64,000 bases of DNA, taken from an uncultured Gemmatimonadales bacterium (lineage in GTDB: Bacteria > Gemmatimonadota > Gemmatimonadetes > Longimicrobiales > RSA9). This document shows positions 25,650 to 34,622 of the stretch, in pieces. The notes under the pieces are model-generated. The model had not been told where the DNA came from and did not search any database. It worked only from the letters and a program-made list of their open reading frames with translations. The translations under genes and the position numbers were made by a program. The stretch covers positions 224,001 through 288,000 of the forward strand of contig CAWFKH010000003.1 of NCBI GenBank assembly GCA_963816355.1, in the 5' to 3' direction. Every line of letters begins with the position of its first letter. Position 1 is the stretch's first letter.

Positions 25650-26782
25650 GCGAGCGCGTCCCGCCCGTCCCGCCGCCCACCGTGCCGGCCGCCACGCCGT
25701 CCGGCCTCCCGCCCGCCACGCCGCCGGCGATCCGCGGCCGCGGCGCGTCGCGCGACCCCAAGAACCGCTTCCTGCCGCTGTACGTGGAGCGCGACCCGGA
25801 GTGGCTCGACGCGGACGATCCGGCGCCGCGCACGTCGTTCCTGCGCGACACGACACGCAGCGCCGTCGCCCGCAACCGCAGCCCGGACATCGGCTTCGAG
25901 TCGAGCGTGAACCCGTATCGCGGCTGCGAGCACGGCTGCATCTACTGCTACGCGCGGCCGTACCACGAGTACCTGGGCTTCTCCGCCGGGCTCGACTTCG
26001 AGACGAAGATCCTGGTGAAGCCGGACGCGCCGCGGCTGCTGCGCGAGGCGCTGCTCTCGCCGCGCTGGAAGCCGCAGGTGCTGGCGATGAGCGGCGTGAC
26101 CGACCCGTACCAGCCGGTGGAGCGGCGGCTGCGCATCACGCGCGGCTGCCTCGAGGTGCTGGCCGAGTTCCGCAACCCGGTCGCGATCATCACCAAGAAC
26201 CACCTCGTCACGCGCGATGCCGACCTCCTCGCCGGCCTCGCCGCCGACGGCGCCGCCGTCGTCAACGTCTCCGTCACCTCGCTCGACCCCGAGCTGCAGC
26301 GCGTGATGGAGCCGCGCACGTCGACCCCCGCGCGCCGCCTGCGCGCGATCGAGGCGCTCTCCCTCGCCGGCGTCCCCGTGCGCGTCATGGTCGCGCCGAT
26401 CATCGCCGGCCTCACCGACCACGAGGTGCCGCGCATCCTGCAGGCCGCCGCCGACGCGGGCGCCGTCGCCGCCGGCTACACCGTGCTGCGCCTGCCGTAC
26501 GGCGTGAAGGAGCTGTTCGCGGAGTGGCTCGAGCAACACTTCCCGGACCGCAAGGAGAAGGTGCTCAACCGCGTGCGCTCGCTGCGCGACGGCCGCCTGA
26601 ACGACTCCACCTTCGGCCGCCGCATGCGCGGCGAGGGCCCCTTCGCGGCGCAGATCCGCTCGCTCTTCGACGTCGGCTGCCGCCGCGCCGGCTTCGACCC
26701 CGCGCGCAAGCCCGCGCTCTCCACCGCCGCGTTCCGCCGGCCGCCGGCGGGCGGGCAGCTCGGCCTGTTCGAGGCGTCGTGA
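25646..26782 (+). CDS. PA0069/Rv2578c-type radical SAM protein (spore-photoproduct-lyase-like)
   Basis: NPYRGCEHGCIYCYAR (CxxxCxxC), TDPYQP, C-terminal QLGLF; own SD and GTG 25646. Confidence 0.9.
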   Translation: MSERVPPVPPPTVPAATPSGLPPATPPAIRGRGASRDPKNRFLPLYVERDPEWLDADDPAPRTSFLRDTTRSAVARNRSPDIGFESSVNPYRGCEHGCIYCYARPYHEYLGFSAGLDFETKILVKPDAPRLLREALLSPRWKPQVLAMSGVTDPYQPVERRLRITRGCLEVLAEFRNPVAIITKNHLVTRDADLLAGLAADGAAVVNVSVTSLDPELQRVMEPRTSTPARRLRAIEALSLAGVPVRVMVAPIIAGLTDHEVPRILQAAADAGAVAAGYTVLRLPYGVKELFAEWLEQHFPDRKEKVLNRVRSLRDGRLNDSTFGRRMRGEGPFAAQIRSLFDVGCRRAGFDPARKPALSTAAFRRPPAGGQLGLFEAS

Positions 26783-26890
26783 GCGGGGGAGACGCGCGCC
26801 GGCACCGCGGCGCGGACGGCCCGCGCGGACACCGGCGGCGCGGACGGCCCGGACATCGGCCGCGCGGACGGCTCGCCGCACGGGCGCCGC

Positions 26891-27334
26891 GTGACGCCGC
26901 GCGCGCCGCGGTTCCGCTCCGCCCTCGACGTGCGGCTGGTGGGCGCCATCGCGGTGCTGCTGGGGTGGACGGTGCCGGCGGGGGTCTGGCTGGTGGCGCG
27001 CGGGCTCTTCGCCGCGGGCGTCGTGCTGGCCGTGGGCGGGCTGCTGCCGCTCGCCATCTTCCTGCCCGTCCGCTACGTGGTCGACGCGCAGGTGCTGCGC
27101 ATCCGCAGCGGCATCTTCCGCTGGCAGATCCCCTACCCGCTGATCGTGCGCGTCGAGCCGGTGCGCGGCAGCGCCGCCGCGCCCGCGCTATCGCGCCGCC
27201 GCCTCTCGATCCTCTTCGAGACCGGCGACGGCCTCGACACCGTGCAGGTCTCGCCGAAGCGCCGCGCCGCGTTCCTCGCCGCGCTCCGCGACGCCGCGCC
27301 GCACGCCGAGATCGAGGAGAAGCCGGAAGCGTGA
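26891..27334 (+). CDS. Bacterial PH-domain membrane protein
   Basis: Two TM segments, then L.IRSG...IPY..I, APALS..RL.I, VSP. Confidence 0.7.
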   Translation: MTPRAPRFRSALDVRLVGAIAVLLGWTVPAGVWLVARGLFAAGVVLAVGGLLPLAIFLPVRYVVDAQVLRIRSGIFRWQIPYPLIVRVEPVRGSAAAPALSRRRLSILFETGDGLDTVQVSPKRRAAFLAALRDAAPHAEIEEKPEA

Positions 27335-27344
27335 CGGCGCGTCT

Positions 27345-27962
27345 TCACGCGCGCTCCACCTCGCCGGCGCCCGCCGTGAGCGCCGCCACCGCCGCGCGCA
27401 GCGCCGCCTCCTCCGCCGCCGGCACCGCCGCGACGCACGCCGCGCGCGCGCCGAATTCCTCCGCCTCCACCACCGCGTCGTGCTCCGCGAGCGCGCGCCG
27501 CAGCCGGTCGACCGCGGGGTAGTCGACGACGACGCGCAGCCGCACGCGCTCGACGCGCCGCGTGCGGGGCAGGGAATCGAGGCCGGCGCGCACCGCGTCG
27601 GCGTACGCCCGCGCGAGGCCGCCCTTGCCCAGCTTCACGCCGCCGAAGTAGCGCGTCACCACGGCCGCCACCTCGCCGGCGTCGCCGTGCAGCAGCACCT
27701 CGAGCATCGGTCGGCCCGCGGTGCCGTGCGGCTCGCCGTCGTCGCTCAGCCCGATCGCCAGCGTGCTGCCGGGCGGCCCCGCGACGAACGCCCAGCAGTT
27801 GTGCGTCGCGTCCGGGAACTCCGCGCGGATGCGTTCCACGAACGCGTGCGCCGCCTCGATCGTCGGCGCCGGCGCGAGCGTGGCGACGAAGCGGCTGCGC
27901 CGCACCACGTGCTCGACGCGCGCCTCGCCGGCCGGGATCGGATACGACGTCGCCTCGTTCAT
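27345..27962 (-). CDS. YigZ/IMPACT family protein
   Basis: SRF, ATHNCWA, SDDGEPHGTAG, VTRYFGGVKLG. Confidence 0.9.
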   Translation of the reverse strand: MNEATSYPIPAGEARVEHVVRRSRFVATLAPAPTIEAAHAFVERIRAEFPDATHNCWAFVAGPPGSTLAIGLSDDGEPHGTAGRPMLEVLLHGDAGEVAAVVTRYFGGVKLGKGGLARAYADAVRAGLDSLPRTRRVERVRLRVVVDYPAVDRLRRALAEHDAVVEAEEFGARAACVAAVPAAEEAALRAAVAALTAGAGEVERA

Positions 27963-28077
27963 CCCGCCACGATGGCCGCCCGGACGCGTCATCCGCCAGT
28001 GGCGCGCGGACCCGCACGGCCGCCTCGCCGCGCGATCCGCTCGGATCGGATGCCGCACGATCCGCTAGATTGGACGC

Positions 28078-29220
28078 ATGCCGCAATCGCCGCACTCCGC
28101 CGACGTGCTGGTCGTCGGGCTGGGCGTCAACGGCGCGTCCGCGGCGTGGCGCATCGCCGGCCGCGGCGCGAGCGTCGTCGCCTTCGACCGCTTCGCGCCA
28201 CCGCATCCTTTCGGCTCCTCCCACGGCCGCAGCCGCATCATCCGCGAGGCGTACTTCGAGGGCGAGGCGTACGTGCCGCTCGTGCGCAGGGCGTTCGACG
28301 GCTGGCTCGCGCTCGAGGACGAGACCGGGCGGCCGCTGCACCGGCGCACCGGCGGCCTCACGCTCGCGCCCGAGGGCGGCGGCATCGTCGCCGCGGCGCG
28401 CGACGCGATGGCGCGCCACGGCACCGCCCTCGAGCTGCTCGACGCCGGCGAGCTGCGGCGCCGCTTCCCCGATTTCCGCGTGGAGGACGACGACGCGGGC
28501 GTCTGGGAGCCTGGCGCCGCCGTCCTCTACGCCGACCGCTGCGTCGACGCGCTGATCGAAGCCGCCGCGCGCGCCGGCGCCGACGTCCACCGCGGCGAGA
28601 GCGTCCTCGCCTGGCGCGCGGAGGGCGACGGCGTGCGCGTCCAGACGACGCGCGGCGCCTACACCGCCGGCCGCCTCGTGCTCGCGGCCGGGCCGTGGCA
28701 GCGCGACCTGCTGGCCGCGCGGCGCGTGCCCCTCGAGATCGAGCGCAGCGTGCTCCACTGGTTCGAGCCCGCGCGCCGGGACCTCGACGCGGAACGCCTC
28801 CCCGTCTTCATCGAGGAGCTGGAGGCCGGCATCCTCTGGTACGGCATCCCGGAGCCGGGCGCGCTGAAGGTCGCGTTTCACCACGGCGGCCAGCGCGCCG
28901 GCGGCGGCGATCGCCCCGCCATCGACGCGCTGCGCCGCGACGTCGACCCCGCGGAAGTCGACGCCGTGCGGTCGCTGCTCGAGACGCTGATCCCCGGCGC
29001 CGCCGGCGCGCACCGCGGCTCCCGCGTCTGCCCCTACACCAACACGCCCGACGAGCACTTCCTCCTCGACCTGCACCCGGACCACCCGGAAGTGGTGCTC
29101 GCGAGCGCGTGCTCCGGCCACGGCTTCAAGTTCGGCCCCGCGGCCGGCGAGATCGTCGCCGACCTCGCGCTCACCGGCGAGCGGGACGCCGTGCCCGCTC
29201 GGTTTCATTGGAGGTGGTGA
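28078..29220 (+). CDS. solA: N-methyl-L-tryptophan oxidase / sarcosine oxidase family
   Basis: GLGVNG, GSSHGRSRIIR, CPYTNTPD, CSGHGFKF. Confidence 0.85.
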   Translation: MPQSPHSADVLVVGLGVNGASAAWRIAGRGASVVAFDRFAPPHPFGSSHGRSRIIREAYFEGEAYVPLVRRAFDGWLALEDETGRPLHRRTGGLTLAPEGGGIVAAARDAMARHGTALELLDAGELRRRFPDFRVEDDDAGVWEPGAAVLYADRCVDALIEAAARAGADVHRGESVLAWRAEGDGVRVQTTRGAYTAGRLVLAAGPWQRDLLAARRVPLEIERSVLHWFEPARRDLDAERLPVFIEELEAGILWYGIPEPGALKVAFHHGGQRAGGGDRPAIDALRRDVDPAEVDAVRSLLETLIPGAAGAHRGSRVCPYTNTPDEHFLLDLHPDHPEVVLASACSGHGFKFGPAAGEIVADLALTGERDAVPARFHWRW

Positions 29221-29800
29221 CGGCCTTTTCCAGCAGCATGACCATCGGTCGCGCCCGCAGCAGCTCCCGCTCGCGGCCGTTCTTCCGGAGGACGACGCCG
29301 CTCACTCCGACGGCCGGCGCCTCCGCCGGCTCCGCGGCCCAGCCGTCCTCGGCGAGCTGCGACTGCACGGACGCCGCGACCGCCGCCGCGTCCGGCTCCG
29401 CCTCCGGCGACGCGAACCAGACCAGCGCGGTCGGTCCCGGCGGCGCGACGCCGACAGCGACCACGCCCGGCACGAACGGCAGCGCCGCCGGATAGCCCGG
29501 CGGGCGCGCCGCCGCTGCCGCGAACGTCTTCCCGTGCAACCCCTCCGCGGCGGCGGCGCGCAGCAGGATGCCCCGCGCCGGGTCCTTCTCCGGCGCGGCA
29601 TCGCGCGAGGCGTCAGCCGGGTGCTCGGCGAGGTGAACGATTCCACCGACCGCGATCGAGTCGATCGTCCGTGCCAGCGGGCCCTTTCGCATCACCTGCG
29701 TCGCGGTGCCCAGGGCGCCCGCCTCGGCCCTGCCGACCTCCCAGCCATCGCGGGAGCTCTCCTCCACGAGGTCCCGGATCAGCTCCACCCCATCGCTCAC
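29171..29800 (-). CDS. Hypothetical protein
   Basis: ORF with host-like codon usage; no recognised motif. Confidence 0.4.
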   Translation of the reverse strand: MSDGVELIRDLVEESSRDGWEVGRAEAGALGTATQVMRKGPLARTIDSIAVGGIVHLAEHPADASRDAAPEKDPARGILLRAAAAEGLHGKTFAAAAARPPGYPAALPFVPGVVAVGVAPPGPTALVWFASPEAEPDAAAVAASVQSQLAEDGWAAEPAEAPAVGVSGVVLRKNGRERELLRARPMVMLLEKAVTTSNETERARRPARR

Positions 29801-30117
29801 GCCCGTCCACGAGGCCCACCCCGACCGTCGCCCTCGCCGAGGACGACGGGCCTCCCGGCCACGAACGGGAAGTCCCCCGGATAGGAGCCCGGACGCTCCC
29901 GCGCCGCGTCGAACGCGGTGAGGGGGTATTCACGGGCACCGTCCGCATCCTCGACGCGGATCCGCACCGCGACGCCGGCCTCCGGACGGCGCTCGGCGTG
30001 CGCGGTCCGGCCGTCGGACAGCACACGCTCCGGCGCGACGTCCAATCCGGCCATGACGGACGCGAAGAGGTCCCCTATCTCGTCGCGCGGCGGGCGGGGC
30101 TGCGTGGGGTCGTGCAT
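29797..30117 (-). CDS. Hypothetical protein
   Basis: ORF overlapping the next by 4 nt; shares a YP...PFV.G motif with it. Confidence 0.4.
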   Translation of the reverse strand: MHDPTQPRPPRDEIGDLFASVMAGLDVAPERVLSDGRTAHAERRPEAGVAVRIRVEDADGAREYPLTAFDAARERPGSYPGDFPFVAGRPVVLGEGDGRGGPRGRA

Positions 30118-30149
30118 GATGGTGGCCTTTCATGCGGATCGCGAGCCTG

Positions 30150-30320
30150 AAGTAGCGCCGGACCGACTGCACGAGGCCCTGGTGCTCATCGCAAACCACG
30201 TATCTCACACCCGTGAGTCCTCGCTTCACCAGGTCTTCCATGACGGCGCCCCAGCTCTCGCGGCTCTCGCTCGCCCCCGAGCTCCCTCAGGCGAAACTAC
30301 AGAAATTTACGCACACTCCC
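30150..30320 (-). mobile_element. IS256-family remnant (transposase fragment plus terminal sequence)
   Basis: DLVKRGLTGVRYVVCDEHQGL...RRYF matches the mutator transposase motif; end-like GGGAGTGTGCGTAAATTTCTGTAG at 30320. Confidence 0.65.
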
Positions 30321-30409
30321 ACGTCGGCAAGGAATTGGCTCACCTGAACAGCGATCAGTGGTGAGAGAAGAACAGCAACAGTTGTTACAATCTCAGAGGT
30401 CGTCACCAT
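30321..30409 (-). pseudogene. Truncated cassette gene (DUF6680-like N-terminus)
   Basis: SD GAGGAGG, then MVTTSEIVTTVAVLLSPLIAVQVSQFLAD cut off by the IS256 end. Confidence 0.5.
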
Positions 30410-30667
30410 ACCTCCTCGGCAAGTGGGGCTTAACGCCTCGGGCTGCGCCTATTTGGGCGCCAATACTCGTCAGTGCTACGGTTTGATCTTCTTGCACGAG
30501 CCATGTCGGATAACTGCTTCTGTCTGCCGTTGGCTGGTGGCCTGGTGAAATGCTGTTCGGCAGCGGACACGGCGGGCCCGCACACTCAAAGACCGCCTAT
30601 AACGGCTCGGCTCTATTCTATGCCGCCGTCACCGCTGCGCGTCGCGCATCCCACAGCGGACCGTCGG

Positions 30668-31075
30668 TTACGACCGTGGATCGAGACGAGCTTCCTCTAC
30701 GATTGGCTCGAAGAGTTCAACGGGATTGCCGGAGGGGTCCTCCAGGAGGATCTGCTTGGCACCCACACCCGTGACCATCTCGTTGCGGAAATGCGCTCCC
30801 GCGTTGCGCAACCTCTCCACTGTGGTGGCTAGATCGCTTACCTGAATCGAGAACCTGTTCCATCCTCCCGGCGCAGGCTGTGAGCCATCTGGCATCGCTT
30901 GGCCGCCCCCGCCCGCCGGATTTGGGGCGCTGAGCAGGAGGCGGAGGTCCCCGCGCGAAAGCATGGCGAAGGCAGGAGCGGGGTGCATCTTGAGTTCGAA
31001 TCCGAGTCGTTCCGTGTAAAACTCGATAGCAGCAGCAACATCATCCACAATGTAGCGAACCTGAACGGTAGCCAT
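30668..31075 (-). CDS. VOC/glyoxalase family protein
   Basis: VDDVAAAIEFY...LGF...DPSGNPVELFE. Confidence 0.9.
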   Translation of the reverse strand: MATVQVRYIVDDVAAAIEFYTERLGFELKMHPAPAFAMLSRGDLRLLLSAPNPAGGGGQAMPDGSQPAPGGWNRFSIQVSDLATTVERLRNAGAHFRNEMVTGVGAKQILLEDPSGNPVELFEPIVEEARLDPRS

Positions 31076-31458
31076 TTCTTCTCCTCGCGACGTTTCGTGT
31101 GCGCTCTCAAGCTTGGTCTCGCACCCCGACTAGACGGTGAGCAGGTTCAACCGCATAATGTGCAGGTCCCACCCTGTTCTCGCGGATGTCGCGGCCGTGC
31201 CGCCCTCAAACCCCCCAGCGCTGGCCCCGTAACGTTCGGCTGGAAGGCGCAGTCGGAAACGGATCCGTCTACGGTGGCCCCGCTGCTGTAGCTTGATGCC
31301 AGTCCGCCACGCCAACGGACTCGTCTCATGCGAGCCCAATGTCCGCTAGACAAAATGGAAGGGCTGGCCTCGCGAGCTTACCGTGGGTTGATGCCCCGGT
31401 TCGCGGGAGTCACCAGAGCCACATGCGACAATGGTCGCAGCAACAGGAGAGCAGCCCT

Positions 31459-32009
31459 ATGGCTAGATCAAATCTCTTCCTCGGTCTCGACGTCCACAAG
31501 GACTCCGTCACCGCCGCGGTCTTCGTCGGCCAGGCCGCTGAACCCGAGCGGGTGGAGCGCCTCCCCAACGAGCTGCACAAGCTACGGCGCTACTTCGAGC
31601 GCCTCGCGCGCCGCGGGACGGTGCACGCCTGCTATGAAGCGAGCGGCGCCGGCTACGTCCTGCAGCGCCACATGAGCGCCTGGGGCTACCGGTGCGAGCT
31701 GGCCGCTCCCTCTCTCATCCCAATGCGCCCCGGCGACCGGCGCAAGCACGACAAGCGGGACGCCATTCAACTCGGCCGCCTCTAGCGCAGAGCGCCGCGC
31801 TCACTCGACGCCAGAGCGCTCAGGATCCCGCCATCATCGCCCATGCGTGGAAAGCTCAGCACCGCCTTCACAAGCTCTTCCACCGCGTGAGCCAGCGGCG
31901 TCCCTTCCAGGTCGCGGTCGTCGCAGCGGCTCGAGAAATGGTCGGCTTCATCTGGGCGGTGCTCCAGGACGAGGAACTCTACGACCAGCGGCTCCAAGAC
32001 GCCGCGTGA
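31459..32009 (+). pseudogene. IS110 recombinase: RuvC-like N-terminus joined out of frame to the C-terminal tail
   Basis: LGLDVHKD, YEASG, KHDKRDA (DEDD); stop at 31785; then AWKAQHRL...AAAREMVGFIWA; central Tnp/serine region missing. Confidence 0.85.
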
Positions 32010-32017
32010 CACTCACA

Positions 32018-32189
32018 GGAGGCGGGGCACGAGAGGAGAACCCCCGAAAACGTTAGCAGGTACGGCGTTCCGCCCAATCCTGGTGTCTAGACTGGGGCCG
32101 CTCCGGACGAATCCGAATTCTTGCCGCTCTGTTCCTCTGAACAACCGGCGTATATCAGCAGGATTCACCGTCGAAGCCGCCCCGCCTCC
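32018..32189 (+). ncRNA. Candidate bridge/seekRNA of the IS110 element
   Basis: 11-bp closing stem GGAGGCGGGGC/GCCCCGCCTCC enclosing two hairpins with large internal loops that match target and donor. Confidence 0.7.
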
Positions 32190-32218
32190 ACTCGCTGCTT
32201 GACAGGCCCTTCCATATC

Positions 32219-32365
32219 AACGTCTCCAGGTTGGCGACCCGCCGCGTCACGGCTTCCAGCGCGAGATCACCTTCGAAGCTACGACAGCTTCACCAGCTTC
32301 CACCCGGCTCCGGCGGGTTCTCCGGAGCGGCCGCAGGCCGCGCAGGCGCCAACCGTTTGTTATCT
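32219..32365 (-). other. Integron attC site interrupted at R' by the IS
   Basis: Minus strand: AGATAAC-AAACG-GTTGGCG...CGCCAACC-TGGAGAC-GT|TAGCGG, the last part lying beyond the IS at 31348. Confidence 0.8.
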
Positions 32366-32658
32366 GACGTTCCGGCGCGAAAATGAACAACCGGCCCGCT
32401 TGAGGGAGCAATAAGAGCGTCGCACTAGTCGGCTCCAACGACTTGTCATCGGATATTTCGGCTACTCGAGCGAACCGGTTGATCTCAGGATCCCGGCTAC
32501 CTACCACTCACCCTCCGGCGCGGGGCGTGGTAGACCGGGCTAGCCAAAAGGTTGGTCAATAGCACCTCCTGTTTAGGGTTGCGGCGACTCTCCGTGAGTT
32601 GCCTACACTCTAATCTACGACGTTCTCTTACGGGATGTCAGTCGGTCTGAGGAATGGC

Positions 32659-32818
32659 AGCTAACGTTCAAGAGTTCCGACGCCGGCGCTCTGTCAAGCC
32701 TCATCGGGACCACTATGGTCCCGCTCCTACCCGAGTGCTCCCCGCGGCCCGAACGCCTCTCGCGCCGGTGTTCTCCGGAGCGGCCGAAGGCCGCGCAGGC
32801 GGAACTCGTTTGTTAACT
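32659..32818 (-). other. Integron attC site
   Basis: AGTTAAC-AAACG-AGTTCCG...CGGAACTC-TTGAAC-GTTAGCT. Confidence 0.85.
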
Positions 32819-32877
32819 GACGTCGCACTCCACACTGCTTCTGAAGACACCCCTCTTCCCCTCGGTTAGCCTTTGCA

Positions 32878-33513
32878 TCAAGGTCGCGCTGAGCGGACGT
32901 GCGGGAACAAGGACGCGGCCCTCCCAGTCAGTACCCCCAACCACGAGATGGTCTGATCGCAGAGCCAATCAGCAAAGCCGGGTTCATCAAGAATCCGTCC
33001 TACTGAATACCCCAAGCCGCCCCCCGGAGTCTCGACAAGATTCCACTCGGCTCCCATGGGATCTCCATGCACCAGATGATTGAGCTGGTCAGTAATCTGC
33101 TTCACGTCATCGCTGGCGACGTTGGGCTGGAGAGACCGGAGCATCTCGCCCAGAGAGGGGCGCTTCCGATGACGCCACCCGGCTTCCCATTCATTCAATG
33201 ACTCAGGATGATCGATGAGATACGATATGATCGCTGCTCGCTCGATCAGTGGCCTGACCAAGACCGCGGCGCCGAACAAGTACCCCTGCCGAATCATCTC
33301 GCGGATCGTCAAGGCAAGACTCACGCCCTGCGGAATCAACTGACAAGCGGCGAGTTGAAGCGGATTGAGGCCCTCCTCGTGTGTCTTGACGGCCACCTCG
33401 TGATGCAGATCCAACGCTGACGGGATGAGCTGGTCGAGAACAAAGAGGGGATGCCGCCCCAGGTATGGCTCATCGTCGGGCGTAAACACGGGCGGTGGCC
33501 GGTCCTTAGTCAC
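32878..33513 (-). CDS. Cassette protein, DUF5677/HEPN-like
   Basis: AAVLVRPLIERAA and late LNHLVHG motifs; lower GC; flanked by attC sites. Confidence 0.55.
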   Translation of the reverse strand: MTKDRPPPVFTPDDEPYLGRHPLFVLDQLIPSALDLHHEVAVKTHEEGLNPLQLAACQLIPQGVSLALTIREMIRQGYLFGAAVLVRPLIERAAIISYLIDHPESLNEWEAGWRHRKRPSLGEMLRSLQPNVASDDVKQITDQLNHLVHGDPMGAEWNLVETPGGGLGYSVGRILDEPGFADWLCDQTISWLGVLTGRAASLFPHVRSARP

Positions 33514-33646
33514 AGTGCGGTCTCGTTGGAGATGGGAGTCCCGCTGCGAGTGAAGTCAATGCTGTCCAGGCAGTCCTGAACTCTCGTTTGACACTTCTGC
33601 CATAACTCGATTACGGCATCAGCTGGCACATTGTCCACGCGATGTC

Positions 33647-33806
33647 AGTTAACGATTAACAGGGTGCCGAACCGGCGCAGCCATCCGGCTCGGATACGCG
33701 AAGCTCATCCAAACTGCAAATCCTCTCGAGCGCACCTGGACGCGTCGGCCGGTTCCGCGAAGCGGCCCAGGCGCGCAGCGCCGAAGGCGGCACCCGGACG
33801 TTAGCG
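33647..33806 (-). other. Integron attC site
   Basis: CGCTAAC-GTCCG-GGTGCCG...CGGCACCC-TGTTAATC-GTTAACT. Confidence 0.8.
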
Positions 33807-33898
33807 GAAGTGGCCTGGTTGCCGCGCCGTTCCACTAACGCGGCGCCGTTCACGGATTGAACCCGCGGGGCTTGAGGCTGCGCGATGAACGGCGAGTT

Positions 33899-34426
33899 TC
33901 AAGGCCCTGCCAAAAGGCTGCGCAACGCCGTCCAGATCTCATCGACCAAACGGGCGGTCGGTTGACAGGAGTGCGTCTGGGCCTGAACAGCACCATACCC
34001 ACGCTGCACGGTAGTGCCGTTTATGTTTAGCCGAACAACCGTGGAATCGCCTTGCGGTCGAGCGACGATCCCGGCGTTCAGAGTTACCGGGTTCGACAAG
34101 GCATACTCGACGCCGCTGTCATACGCCTTTCCGCAGTACACGTACTCTCGGACCATGGCGCCGTGCCACGTTTCCTGAACTGTTAGTTCAGTGCCTTGTA
34201 CCACGCCCATGTCTTGGTCCGCCGTCGCGATTCCAAACCCCCACTCGCTCAGCACAGCAGTGGCTGCCGTCACAATTTCCGCGGGTGTTGCAGAAAGAGT
34301 GGCGCTCAACTGTTGAGGCTCGGCAAGGTACCCGGCTGGCGGCGGCGTCATCGCGAAGCACGCGGCAACGACTATCGTGGGTACTGCAACGGATAGGAGT
34401 GCGCGGACTCTCAAGCCCATTCTCAT
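33899..34426 (-). CDS. Cassette-encoded lipoprotein of unknown function
   Basis: MRMGLRVRALLSVAVPTIVVAAC lipobox; two further Cys; between attC sites. Confidence 0.65.
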   Translation of the reverse strand: MRMGLRVRALLSVAVPTIVVAACFAMTPPPAGYLAEPQQLSATLSATPAEIVTAATAVLSEWGFGIATADQDMGVVQGTELTVQETWHGAMVREYVYCGKAYDSGVEYALSNPVTLNAGIVARPQGDSTVVRLNINGTTVQRGYGAVQAQTHSCQPTARLVDEIWTALRSLLAGP

Positions 34427-34479
34427 TTTCTCCGTGCGAAGGTTGCGTGAACTAGCGATGATGAGCTGTTGGCCATTTC

Positions 34480-34574
34480 CGATAACGTTCTCTAGGGTAC
34501 CGACGCGGCTCGCATCGCGAGCCGTGTTCTCCGGAGCGAGCGTAGCGAGCGAAGGCGGTACCCGTTTGTTATCA
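34480..34574 (-). other. Integron attC site
   Basis: TGATAAC-AAACG-GGTACCG...CGGTACCC-TAGAGAAC-GTTATCG. Confidence 0.85.
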
Positions 34575-34622
34575 GCCGTTGCCCGCCCACTCGGGCCCCC
34601 ATCAACCCTCGTCATGCATTTC

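Larger units (their letters stand above)
31349..32219 (+). mobile_element. Internally deleted IS110-family (IS1111-type) element
   Basis: Sub-terminal IRs ATGGAAGGGC (31355-64) and GCCCTTCCAT (32206-15); TTGACA inside the right end; no target duplication. Confidence 0.85.
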
